In this document: positions 51,831 through 60,263 of the stretch, piece by piece
Layout: every line of letters begins with the position of its first letter
How positions within the stretch are numbered: position 1 is the stretch's first letter
Assembly: GCA_038199875.1 (NCBI GenBank)
Contig: JBBPYN010000076.1
Location: 7,036-71,035 of the forward strand
DNA: 64,000 nt
Source: Rubrobacterales bacterium
GTDB lineage: Bacteria; Actinomycetota; Rubrobacteria; Rubrobacterales; Rubrobacteraceae
Direction of reading: 5' to 3'
The notes under the pieces: model-generated
The model's input: the letters and a program-made list of their open reading frames with translations, nothing else
Told to the model about the DNA's origin: nothing
The model's database searches: none
Program-made: the position numbers and the translations under genes

Positions 51831-52490
51831 CTAACCGGTGATGCCGAACGGTTTCACGGCCGCCTGCACCTTCGGCAGCGGCAGGGCTACCTCGAAGGCG
51901 AGGTCGTTCGGCGGGTTGATGAGGTTGAGTATGTTGATCGCGCAGCGGTGCTGGCACTCGGCGTTGTGGATCGAAATAGCCGCCGCAAGTATGTCCTTGC
52001 TCTCGAGCGCCGGTGCCGCGCCCTGATACGCGCCGATACCGACGGGCTCGAAAGTGGCCGCCAGCTCGAGGAAGGTCTTCGCATCCCCGAAAGTACCGCT
52101 GGGGAAGGTGAACTCAGGCGTCGCAGGCACCTCGGCCCCTAGCTCGCCAAGGGTCGACGCGATGGCATCAGCATGTGCCATCTCGTGGTCGCGAATAGCC
52201 ACTATCTGCTCGAGGAACGCGTCTGCGAAGAGGCCGGCGTTGACGCCCTCCGCGTAGAACGTGCCTTCCAACAGTTCGAGCTGGTACGCGAACTGTAGTA
52301 TCGCCGCGTCACCCAGCCCCTCGTAGGTCTTGTACTCTCCCTCCGCCTCGGCGCGGCGGACGGCTACGCCGAAGCCACCGATACCCATCGCGGAGAGCGC
52401 GGCACCTGTCCACGCTGCCGTCTTCAGGAAGTTTCGCCGCGAGGTCTCCCGATCCAGACCGATCAGGACGCGGCTCTCTACTCCACTCAT
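51831..52490 (-). CDS. Tat-exported ferritin-like domain protein (Ferritin_2 / PCC13-62-like) #1
   Basis: SRRNFLK signal ending AEA; LELLEGTFY, HEMAH, FEPVGIGAY, ECQH. Confidence 0.85.
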   Translation of the reverse strand: MSGVESRVLIGLDRETSRRNFLKTAAWTGAALSAMGIGGFGVAVRRAEAEGEYKTYEGLGDAAILQFAYQLELLEGTFYAEGVNAGLFADAFLEQIVAIRDHEMAHADAIASTLGELGAEVPATPEFTFPSGTFGDAKTFLELAATFEPVGIGAYQGAAPALESKDILAAAISIHNAECQHRCAINILNLINPPNDLAFEVALPLPKVQAAVKPFGITG

Positions 52491-52555
52491 CTACACTTGC
52501 CTCCCTTGTTCTCAGCCTGAACTCAGGCCGTTTGCCGGTACCTTCTCTCCAGCAT

Positions 52556-52581
52556 TACGGACATCGGTGGACCCTGGATCA
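52556..52581 (-). promoter_or_regulatory. Putative ECF promoter for the ferritin-ferritin-sortase operon
   Basis: Minus strand reads TGATCC-N16-CGTA, the same as the motif upstream of the sigma gene. Confidence 0.7.
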
Positions 52582-52761
52582 CCCCCATTGCCGCATGTCT
52601 CGACCTCGAACACGCATGTTTCATTCCAACGACCGAGCGTTTCTCCCGGAAACATGACGCAATCAACATTAACAGTCTTAAGCAAAACTCGCAACATGTG
52701 TGTTAGATCTTACACTGCCGCCTACTTCTTTCGACCCTTCTGCTCGGTAGCTCCGCGGAGG

Positions 52762-52787
52762 TGATCCGTCTGGGCAACATTACCGTA
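52762..52787 (+). promoter_or_regulatory. Putative autoregulatory ECF promoter of the sigma gene
   Basis: TGATCC-gtctgggcaacattac-CGTA; an overlapping TAGAAT (52786-91) sits 6 nt before the ATG. Confidence 0.7.
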
Positions 52788-52797
52788 GAATGAGGGT

Positions 52798-53385
52798 ATG
52801 GCGGATCGGGGACGACAGTATCTTATTCTTGCGGACGAGGATTTAATCTCCCTCGTGGAGACTGGCGACGCCGACGCGTTCGCGACACTCTACGACCGTC
52901 ACAGTCGTGCGGCCTTCTCTCTGGCTTACAGAATGATGGGGGAGCGCCAGGCGTCCGAAGACCTGGCCCAGGACGCGTTTCTGAAGGTCTGGCGGGGCGC
53001 GGGTAGCTATCGCGCTGAGCGTGGCAGCGTACGGCCCTGGATCCTCTCTATCGTCCACAACCGCGGCATAGATCAGCTCCGCTCCCACGCGAGCCGGCGC
53101 AGGACGCAGGATAAGATCGAGGCAACAGCCCCGCGCTCCCAACCGAGCGAAGCCTTCGCGGAGACCTGGCGCAACTCGCAGCGCGACCAGGTCAGGGAGG
53201 CGATGGGCACCCTCCCGTCCGAGCAGCTTAAGATACTGGAGCTTGCGTACTTCTCGGGGTATACACACGTCGAGATATCCGAGCTACTAAGCCTGCCCCT
53301 CGGGACGGTAAAGGGCCGGATGCGATTGGGGTTGAAGAAGATCAGGGACTACTTCGAATCGAGAGGCGCGGCGGTGCCGAGATGA
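52798..53385 (+). CDS. ECF RNA polymerase sigma factor (SigK-like)
   Basis: DAFATLYDRH, AEDLAQD-like region 2, WILSIVHNRGID, LPLGTVKGRMRLGL. Confidence 0.92.
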   Translation: MADRGRQYLILADEDLISLVETGDADAFATLYDRHSRAAFSLAYRMMGERQASEDLAQDAFLKVWRGAGSYRAERGSVRPWILSIVHNRGIDQLRSHASRRRTQDKIEATAPRSQPSEAFAETWRNSQRDQVREAMGTLPSEQLKILELAYFSGYTHVEISELLSLPLGTVKGRMRLGLKKIRDYFESRGAAVPR

Positions 53386-54164
53386 GCGAGATGAACAACG
53401 AGATCTTCGAAGACCTCAAAGACGCCTACGTCCTCGACGCCCTGCCAGAGGAGGAGAGGCGCACCTTCGAGGATTATCTCGCGGCCCACCCGGAGCGTCA
53501 GGCCGAGGTAGACGAGTTCGGCGCGGTCGCCGGCCTGCTCGCCTTCGCCCCGCACGAACAGGAACCTTCGCCGCAGCTCCGCAGCAGGGTCATGGAGATC
53601 GTGGAGTCCGAGGCGACGCCGAGGCGCGCCGGGCGAGAGTCCGTGTTCGCGAGGTTCTGGGAGAATCTCGGCGCAAGAGGTCTCGCCCTCGGTGCGGCGG
53701 CCCTGCTCGTGGTCGGCCTGCTTTCGTGGAACTTGCTGTTGCAGGACCAGGTAGGCGAACTGCAAGGCGAGGTTCAGAACGCCCAGGGCCAGGTGGATGA
53801 CCTGCAGGGCCAGGTTCAGGATGCGCAGGCCCAACGCCAGGTCAAGCAAAGCCCGACGATCGAACTCGAAGGGGCGTGGGCTGACCAGGGCGCAGACGCC
53901 GAAGTAGCCTCCATAAACGAGGACAGGACCATCCTGGTGGCCGACGACCTGCCTTCGGTGCCAGACGACCGGACATGCCAGATCTGGGTCATAAGGGGCG
54001 ACTCGCCGCCCTCCCCCAGCGGCCTCTTCCAACCCAACGGGAACATGACGGCGACACCCATTACGAACCCCATAAAGAAGGCCGACACCATAGCGGTGAC
54101 CGTCGAGCCGGCAGGAGGTTCTGACCAGCCGACGACCGAACCCGTGCTCCAGGCCAAACTATAG
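53382..54164 (+). CDS. Anti-sigma factor, RskA-like (ASD + TM + coiled coil + RskA C-terminal domain)
   Basis: AYVLDAL..EE..FE, TM segment, CQIW.I, IAVTVEPAGGSDQPT; ATGA-coupled to the sigma gene. Confidence 0.88.
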   Translation: MSEMNNEIFEDLKDAYVLDALPEEERRTFEDYLAAHPERQAEVDEFGAVAGLLAFAPHEQEPSPQLRSRVMEIVESEATPRRAGRESVFARFWENLGARGLALGAAALLVVGLLSWNLLLQDQVGELQGEVQNAQGQVDDLQGQVQDAQAQRQVKQSPTIELEGAWADQGADAEVASINEDRTILVADDLPSVPDDRTCQIWVIRGDSPPSPSGLFQPNGNMTATPITNPIKKADTIAVTVEPAGGSDQPTTEPVLQAKL

Positions 54165-54188
54165 GACGGGTTTGAAACCCGCCCCTAC
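54162..54188. repeat. GTAG-type REP palindrome
   Basis: TAGGACGGGTTTGAAACCCGCCCCTAC. Confidence 0.7.
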
Positions 54189-54400
54189 GCGGTAAACGGC
54201 GGTTCCGGGCATTGATTTTCAGGCTACGGGATCAGGACGTGCGGGTGCAGTCCCGCCTCGATGGTGCGTAGGTCCTCAAAGACTCTAGACGAACCTTCGA
54301 ACGGCCCTGACCTTCGTACTTGCGAGGCGTTTATTTTCCGCGGGCGCGGGTAGTAGTAATTCAAAGGTAAGTGCGAAAGGGCAAAGATAAAGGAGGGTAT

Positions 54401-54610
54401 ATGTCTGTAGCACGGATAACCGAACTGAGCGCGACCTCGGATACTAGCTTCGAGGACGCCATCCAGCAGGCCGTAACCCGTGCCACGTCGACGTTGCGCG
54501 GCGTCGAAGGGGCCTGGATCAAGGACCAGAACGTGCTGATCGAGAACGGTAGCATCACAGGCTATAAGGTGAACGTAGAGGTCACCTTCGTTCTGGAAAA
54601 AGGCCAGTAG
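54401..54610 (+). CDS. Dodecin (flavin-binding)
   Basis: SFEDAIQQAVTRATSTLRGVEGAWIKDQ...YKVNVEVTFVL; AGGAGG RBS. Confidence 0.92.
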   Translation: MSVARITELSATSDTSFEDAIQQAVTRATSTLRGVEGAWIKDQNVLIENGSITGYKVNVEVTFVLEKGQ

Positions 54611-54632
54611 CCCAACTCACGCGCAGAGTGTT

Positions 54633-54666
54633 GCCCCGGCCTTCGGGCCGGGGCTTCGTTCGTTTT
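54633..54666 (+). terminator. Rho-independent terminator after dodecin
   Basis: GCCCCGGCC-TTCG-GGCCGGGGC followed by TTCGTTCGTTTT. Confidence 0.8.
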
Positions 54667-54811
54667 AGAGCAATTTGCTCCGCAGACCGTGGTCTCAGGA
54701 TTTCTCTGGGCCAGGCGTTGATCGAAGCCAAGGGCAAAGAGTACGCACTCGCGCCGCTGGGCGTGGAGATCGGGTAACATCACGGCCCGACGTCTGCGAG
54801 GAAAGGGCGGA

Positions 54812-55234
54812 ATGCACGCAAACCCCGACACGCGAGAGATACAGGACCTTCTGCGTCGCGCGCAAACCGTGGCCGTCGTTGGGATGTCCGACAGGCCGTA
54901 CCGCACGAGCCACGCGATCGCGGGCGCGTTGCAGGGCTTCGGCTATAGGATTTTTCCCGTCAACCCCAACCTGGGGGGTCAGGTCCTCGGCGAAGAGCCT
55001 TACGCGTCTGTGGAAGACGTCCCCGAGCAGGTGGACATAGTGGACGTTTTCAGGCGCAGCGAGAAGCTCATGCCCGTGGCAGAGGACGCCGTCGCCTCCG
55101 GCGCGAAGGTGCTGTGGATGCAGTCCGGTGTCGTCAACGAAAAGGCGGCGGACTACGCCAGAGAGCACGGCCTTACCGTCGTCATGGACCGTTGCATCAA
55201 AGTCGATTACGCGAGCCTGGTTGGTTTCCGTTGA
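54812..55234 (+). CDS. CoA-binding protein (YccU-like)
   Basis: VAVVGMSDRPYRTS, FPVNP, VDIVDVFRR, LWMQSGV, MDRCIKV. Confidence 0.92.
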   Translation: MHANPDTREIQDLLRRAQTVAVVGMSDRPYRTSHAIAGALQGFGYRIFPVNPNLGGQVLGEEPYASVEDVPEQVDIVDVFRRSEKLMPVAEDAVASGAKVLWMQSGVVNEKAADYAREHGLTVVMDRCIKVDYASLVGFR

Positions 55235-55280
55235 TCCGCACGTCGCGTAAGAGCCTCGGCTGACAAGCGAAGGCTGTAGC

Positions 55281-55769
55281 GTGCTTGATCCAGGTGATGT
55301 CGCGCCGCTACTCATGTTCTTCTACGGTACGCTCAAGCGTGGCGAGCGCAACCACGAGCGTTTTTGCGATGGCACGCTACGTGTCGAAGGAGCGTCGGTG
55401 CGTGGTGATCTGTACGACCTTCCTTTTTTCGGATATCCCGCGCTGGTCGTACCGGAGGAATCCATCTATGCGTTCGGGACCGTTGGTTATGCCAGGGACG
55501 TAGAGGAGCAGCGGCGGCTTGGCCGTGAGCCTGTACAGCCGCCGGAGGGTGCTCGGGCCTTCGGAGAGGTCTTCGCTTTCGACGACCCTGCATCGCGCCT
55601 GCCGGCCATCGACCGCCTGGAAGGCTTTGATCCCGCCGACACCTCGAGCCACTACAGGCGCGCGCTGCTCCCGGTAGAGACGAGCGAGGGTTTTGTAACC
55701 CTGGCGTGGGCCTACGTGGTCAAGGAATCCTCAGGCGTCTACGTGCCTGAAGGCATCTGGCCACCCTAG
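55281..55769 (+). CDS. Gamma-glutamylcyclotransferase family protein
   Basis: FFYGTLKRGERNH, GDLY...GYPAL, GEV, IDRLEG. Confidence 0.85.
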   Translation: MLDPGDVAPLLMFFYGTLKRGERNHERFCDGTLRVEGASVRGDLYDLPFFGYPALVVPEESIYAFGTVGYARDVEEQRRLGREPVQPPEGARAFGEVFAFDDPASRLPAIDRLEGFDPADTSSHYRRALLPVETSEGFVTLAWAYVVKESSGVYVPEGIWPP

Positions 55770-55814
55770 ATGATGCCTGTTGCCCTACGTCGCGGTTCGC
55801 TCGATGGACGCAGC

Positions 55815-55838
55815 GAGGGCGGTTCGCGAACCGCTCTA
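55815..55838. repeat. REP-like palindrome between convergent genes
   Basis: GAGGGCGGTTCGCGAACCGCTCTA. Confidence 0.65.
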
Positions 55839-56585
55839 GTTGCTGACGTTCGGATCGTCTTCTTCGTAGATTTCCTCGCGTATCACGCGGCGACGGATCT
55901 TGGTGCGCCCGCCCTCCTGGAAGGTTTCGGTCTCCTCGGTATGGCGCGTAGTCGGCGCCTCACCAGCTGCCTCTTCAGCGGGGGAGCCGGTGCCTGCGAT
56001 GGAAGATTCGCGTTCGGAAGACTCCCCGGTATCCATGCGATCATCTCTGCCCGTGGGCTCACCCGAGCCCCCGTACTCGGGTACGTTCCAGGAGGGCTCG
56101 CCTTCGGTAGCCGACTCCCCGCGTTCCCTGGAATCCACAGTGGAACGATCCTCGTACTCCTTCGTGTCATCCCCGTCATCGTAGTCGAGCGACTCCTGGT
56201 CTACGTCGCTGGATCTCGTCTCTGAGTACGCGCCGTAGCCGGCCCCTGAGGCATCGAGTGATTCGAGGCCGAAGTAGCTGCGGATGCGGTCCTCGTAGTC
56301 GCGGGTGATGTCTTCGTCGTCGTCGAAGCTCGGCGCACTCTTCACACGATCTTTGGACTCGGAGACCTCTATGCTCCTTTCGCCCCCGTTCACGCGTACT
56401 ATGTCCATGGGGATCAGGGTTGACTTCATGCCCAAAAACCCCATCTTGACGCCGATGTATTCTTCCCTGTCCGTCTCGTCGACGAAGAGGTCGTCGACCT
56501 TCCCGATCTTCTCACCCTGGTTGTCGTAGACCTTGTAGTCCTCGTACTTCTCTTCTAGCTCTCTCAGCCTATCTTCGCTCGCCAC
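55836..56585 (-). CDS. PRC-barrel domain protein with acidic low-complexity C-terminus
   Basis: YKVYDNQGEKIGKVDDLFVDE...YIGVKMGFLG...IPMD...KDRVKSAP. Confidence 0.85.
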   Translation of the reverse strand: MASEDRLRELEEKYEDYKVYDNQGEKIGKVDDLFVDETDREEYIGVKMGFLGMKSTLIPMDIVRVNGGERSIEVSESKDRVKSAPSFDDDEDITRDYEDRIRSYFGLESLDASGAGYGAYSETRSSDVDQESLDYDDGDDTKEYEDRSTVDSRERGESATEGEPSWNVPEYGGSGEPTGRDDRMDTGESSERESSIAGTGSPAEEAAGEAPTTRHTEETETFQEGGRTKIRRRVIREEIYEEDDPNVSN

Positions 56586-56728
56586 GTTCTCCTCCTCGGT
56601 AAGACTGCGGCCCTTAAGTCCTCGGTACCCTCGCCGGTGCCGCCGGTAAACATGGGACGCCCACGAACGGGCAGGGAATGCGGCTTGCTAAACTACCAGG
56701 AAGGCTGACTCATTGGGAAGGTGGGAGC

Positions 56729-58207
56729 ATGGCATCAGGGGGATCACAAGACGCGAGGGTTCTCTCTGTAGACGTGGGCTCCTCATCGGTGAGGGCCGGG
56801 CTGTACGATAGGTCGGGCGACGACATAGAGGGCACCGGGGTCAAGCTCGACTACGAATTCGACTACACCCCCGACGGCGGCGCGTCCAGGGACGCCGACG
56901 AGCTTCTCGACCTCGTCGCCAGCGCGGTTGACGGCGCTCTCTCCAAGACCGGAGACGCTGCCATCTCCGGCGTCGCCATGAGCACCTTCTGGCACTCTGT
57001 CCTCGGCGTGGACCGTGACGGCCGTCCGACGACCCCCATTCTGACCTGGGCAGACCGCCGCGCGGCCGCCGTCGCCCCAGACCTGCGCGAACGCATGGAC
57101 GAGGACGCCGTACACCGCCGCACGGGCTGCGTGCTCCACTCCAGCTACTGGCCGGCCAAACTCCTGTGGTTGAGCCGGACGATGCCAGACGCTTTCGAGA
57201 AGGCCGAGCGCTTCGTCTCCCCGGCCGACTACTTCTACGCCCGCTTCTTCGGGGAACCCTACCAGGTGGGTACGTCCATGGCCTCTGCCACCGGCCTCTT
57301 CGACCAGAACGGGCTGCGCTGGGACCGCCAGACCATGGACGCTCTGCCCGTAGAAGAGGCACAGCTCTCCTCCATTTCGGATGAGCCGCGGAGGGGTCTG
57401 GCTGGCGAGTGGGCAGAGCGGTGGCCGATCTTGCGTGACGTACCCTGGTTTCCCGCGGTTGGCGACGGCGCCTGCTCCAACGTCGGGAGCGGATGCACGG
57501 GGAGTGACCGGCTGGCGCTCATGGTCGGGACGAGCGGCGCGATGCGGGTGCTTTGGAAGGCCGAGTCGGTCGAGATACCGGGCGGACCATGGTGCTACAG
57601 GGCAGACGCCGAACGCTACGTCATGGGCGGCGCGCTCTCCGACGGTGGGAACCTGATCGAATGGCTGCGCAACACCCTGCGCCTCCCCAACCCCGAAGAG
57701 ACGGAGATACTCCTATCCAGCATTGAGCCGGACTCGCACGGTCTTACGTTCCTGCCGCTGTTTGCCGGGGAGCGGGGACCCGGATGGGCCGACCTGGCCA
57801 ACGGGACCATCGCCGGGCTCTCGATGAGCAGCAAGCCCATCGAGATCCTGCGCGCAGCGATGGAGGCCGTGGCCTTCAGGTTCGCAATGATCGCGGAGAT
57901 GCTCGAGACCGCCTCACCCGGCGAAAAGGAGGTCATCGCCAGCGGCGGCGGCCTCCTCCACTCGCCGACGTGGACCAGAATAATGGCCGACACGTTAGGC
58001 AAACCCGTCACGGTCTCGGGCGTCAATGAAGCTTCAAGTCGAGGCGCGGCCTTGATCTCACTCGAAGCGCTGGGAGGACCGGAGATTGAAGCCGCGGAAG
58101 TGCCGCTCGGCGAGACCTACGAGCCCGACCCAGACAGCCATGAGCTCTACCGCAAAGCCCTGGAACGCCAACGCCGACTATACGAAGCCGTGCTCGGCGG
58201 CCCGTAG
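56729..58207 (+). CDS. gntK: Gluconokinase (FGGY family)
   Basis: DVGSSSVRA, STFWHS, TWADRR, GDGACSNVGSG, GTSGAMR, FAGERGPGW. Confidence 0.85.
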   Translation: MASGGSQDARVLSVDVGSSSVRAGLYDRSGDDIEGTGVKLDYEFDYTPDGGASRDADELLDLVASAVDGALSKTGDAAISGVAMSTFWHSVLGVDRDGRPTTPILTWADRRAAAVAPDLRERMDEDAVHRRTGCVLHSSYWPAKLLWLSRTMPDAFEKAERFVSPADYFYARFFGEPYQVGTSMASATGLFDQNGLRWDRQTMDALPVEEAQLSSISDEPRRGLAGEWAERWPILRDVPWFPAVGDGACSNVGSGCTGSDRLALMVGTSGAMRVLWKAESVEIPGGPWCYRADAERYVMGGALSDGGNLIEWLRNTLRLPNPEETEILLSSIEPDSHGLTFLPLFAGERGPGWADLANGTIAGLSMSSKPIEILRAAMEAVAFRFAMIAEMLETASPGEKEVIASGGGLLHSPTWTRIMADTLGKPVTVSGVNEASSRGAALISLEALGGPEIEAAEVPLGETYEPDPDSHELYRKALERQRRLYEAVLGGP

Positions 58208-58239
58208 GAGGCTCTACCGTCTCCGGCGGCAGTCAAACA

Positions 58240-59577
58240 CTAGCGCTGGTCCATGGGCACATAATCTACGTCGCGGGGACCTGTGTAGATCTGGCGCGGA
58301 CGGGCGATCTTGAGCTCGGGGTCGTCCATCATCTCCATCCACTGGGCCATCCAACCCGAGGTGCGGGGTATGGCGAACATGACGGTGAAGGCGTCGGTGG
58401 GAATACCTAAGGCTTCGTAGATGAGGCCTGAGTAGAAGTCGACGTTGGGATAGAGCTTGCGGCTGGTGAAGTAGTCGTCGTCGAGGGCCCTCTTCTCTAG
58501 CTCGATGGCAATGTCGAGCAACGGGCTCTCCTTGTTCGTAGCCTCGAGCACCTCGTCGACGTGGCCGCGGATGATCCTGGCTCGCGGATCGTAGTTCTTG
58601 TAGACCCTGTGGCCGAAGCCCATCAGACGCTCATCACCCTCCTTGACTTCCTGCAAGAAGTCGAGGATGTTGTCGGTGCTCCCTATCCGCTCTAACATCC
58701 TCAAAACGGCGACGTTGGCACCGCCGTGCAGGGGACCGTAGAGGCCTGCACAGCCGGCGGCTATGGCAGAGAACGGGTCGACCCTGGAAGACCCGACGAC
58801 CCTGACGGCCGCGGCTGAACAGTTCTGCTCGTGGTCGGCGTGCAGTATGAAGAGCACGTCGAGCGCCTTCTCCAGGCGCGGATCAGGCTCGTACTTGGGC
58901 TCGGCCATCTTGAAGAGCATGGACAGGAAGTTGCCTGCGTATGAGAGGTCGTTGTCCGGGTAGACGTAGGGCAACCCCAGGCTGTGGCGGTAGGAGAAGG
59001 CGGCGAGGGTGGGCATCTTGGCGATAAGGCGTACCGCAGCCACGTGGCGCTGGTACTCGTCGTCTATGTCCTGCGCCTCGGGGTAGAAGGTGGAGAGCGC
59101 GCCGACCGAGGCCTGAAGCATCCCCATGGGGTTCGCGTCGTGCCTGAAGCCGTTCATGAAGTTCTTGATGTTCTCGTGCACGTAGGTGTGATGGGTTATC
59201 TCGTAGGTCCAGCGGTTCAGCTCGTCTTCGGTGGGGAGCTTGCCGTAGTTCAGAAGGTAGGCTACCTCCAGGTAGGAGGATTGCTCGCACAGCTGCTCGA
59301 TGGGGATTCCCCTGTGCTCCAGGATGCCTTTCTCCCCGTCTATGTAGGTTATGGCGCTCCTGCAACTCGCCGTGTTGGAGTAACCGGGGTCGTAGGTCAT
59401 GAGGCCGAAGTCTTCTTCGTCTGTTTTGATCTGCCTGAAGTCCATCGCACGCACGGTGCCATCACTTATCTCGACTTCGTAGCTCTTGCCCGTCCGGTTG
59501 TCCTTGACCGATAGGCTCTCCGCCCCCGTGGCAGTCGTACCCTGGCCGTTGCCCGCGCTCTGCGACTCCTCAGTCAT
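58240..59577 (-). CDS. gltA: Citrate synthase (type II)
   Basis: YDPGYSNTASC, ILHADHEQNCS, GPLHGGAN, LMGFGHRVYKNYDPRA, YPNVDFYSG. Confidence 0.97.
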   Translation of the reverse strand: MTEESQSAGNGQGTTATGAESLSVKDNRTGKSYEVEISDGTVRAMDFRQIKTDEEDFGLMTYDPGYSNTASCRSAITYIDGEKGILEHRGIPIEQLCEQSSYLEVAYLLNYGKLPTEDELNRWTYEITHHTYVHENIKNFMNGFRHDANPMGMLQASVGALSTFYPEAQDIDDEYQRHVAAVRLIAKMPTLAAFSYRHSLGLPYVYPDNDLSYAGNFLSMLFKMAEPKYEPDPRLEKALDVLFILHADHEQNCSAAAVRVVGSSRVDPFSAIAAGCAGLYGPLHGGANVAVLRMLERIGSTDNILDFLQEVKEGDERLMGFGHRVYKNYDPRARIIRGHVDEVLEATNKESPLLDIAIELEKRALDDDYFTSRKLYPNVDFYSGLIYEALGIPTDAFTVMFAIPRTSGWMAQWMEMMDDPELKIARPRQIYTGPRDVDYVPMDQR

Positions 59578-59780
59578 CCTATGCCCCTTTCTATTGCACG
59601 TGTGCGGATTATATATGCTCGTGCCACATATGTGTCTGATCCAAGACACTCTGTGAGGTGCGAGCATTATCGCCCAACGGAGTGTAAACGGAAAGTAACG
59701 TGCCTGATGGTGCGCACTGGGGCTGAAACCTTCGTGCTGTGGCGGCGTATACGCGGTTAGCCACGAGAGGAGTAGTGTGT

Positions 59781-60197
59781 ATGAAGGTTGAGGCGACGAA
59801 CTACGGCATCCAACGCGAGTACGACCCGCGCATTGCGCCTCCGGCCCCTGGCGTGATGAGCGTCGAGGGTGAGCGTGTCTGGTCGGCGGTGGCCCACTTG
59901 AGCACCTTCTTGAACATCTTCACGGGATTTCTCGGGCCCGTGGCGGCGTTTGTGATCTGGCTGGTATACAGGAACGACTCGCCGACGGTGGCGGCCCACG
60001 CGATGAGGTCGGTCTTCTACCAGATAGTGTGGCTGAGCGCCATCTTTATCGGGTGGTCTATCACCTTCGCTCTCATGGCCGTCCTTGTCGGGTTCCTGCT
60101 CGTGCCCGTCATGGCCGTCGTGACGATCGGACCCTTCGTCCAGGCTTCCTACGAGGCGTACATGGCTTACAGGGGCGGCCGCCGTCGGTATTTGTAG
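59781..60197 (+). CDS. DUF4870 family membrane protein
   Basis: ERVWSAVAHLS...GPVAAFVIWLVYR..SP.V..HA motif. Confidence 0.82.
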   Translation: MKVEATNYGIQREYDPRIAPPAPGVMSVEGERVWSAVAHLSTFLNIFTGFLGPVAAFVIWLVYRNDSPTVAAHAMRSVFYQIVWLSAIFIGWSITFALMAVLVGFLLVPVMAVVTIGPFVQASYEAYMAYRGGRRRYL

Positions 60198-60210
60198 ACA
60201 TCCGGGTACG

Positions 60211-60253
60211 GTAGGGACCGTTCGCCCAGGGGCCGTTCGCGAACCGCCCCTAC
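60211..60253. repeat. GTAG-type REP doublet between convergent genes
   Basis: GTAGGGACCGTTCGCCC-AGGGGCCGTTCGCGAACCGCCCCTAC. Confidence 0.7.
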
Positions 60254-60263
60254 ATGGGTGGCT

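Noticed and set aside
54190-54400. Riboswitch (FMN or cobalamin) upstream of dodecin
   Set aside because: Only one small hairpin (GCGGG-TGCAGT-CCCGC); the conserved aptamer cores are absent.
54697-54777. Possible 3' gene remnant (LGQALIEAKGKEYALAPLGVEIG*)
   Set aside because: Codon usage looks coding, but it is too short and has no recognisable family.
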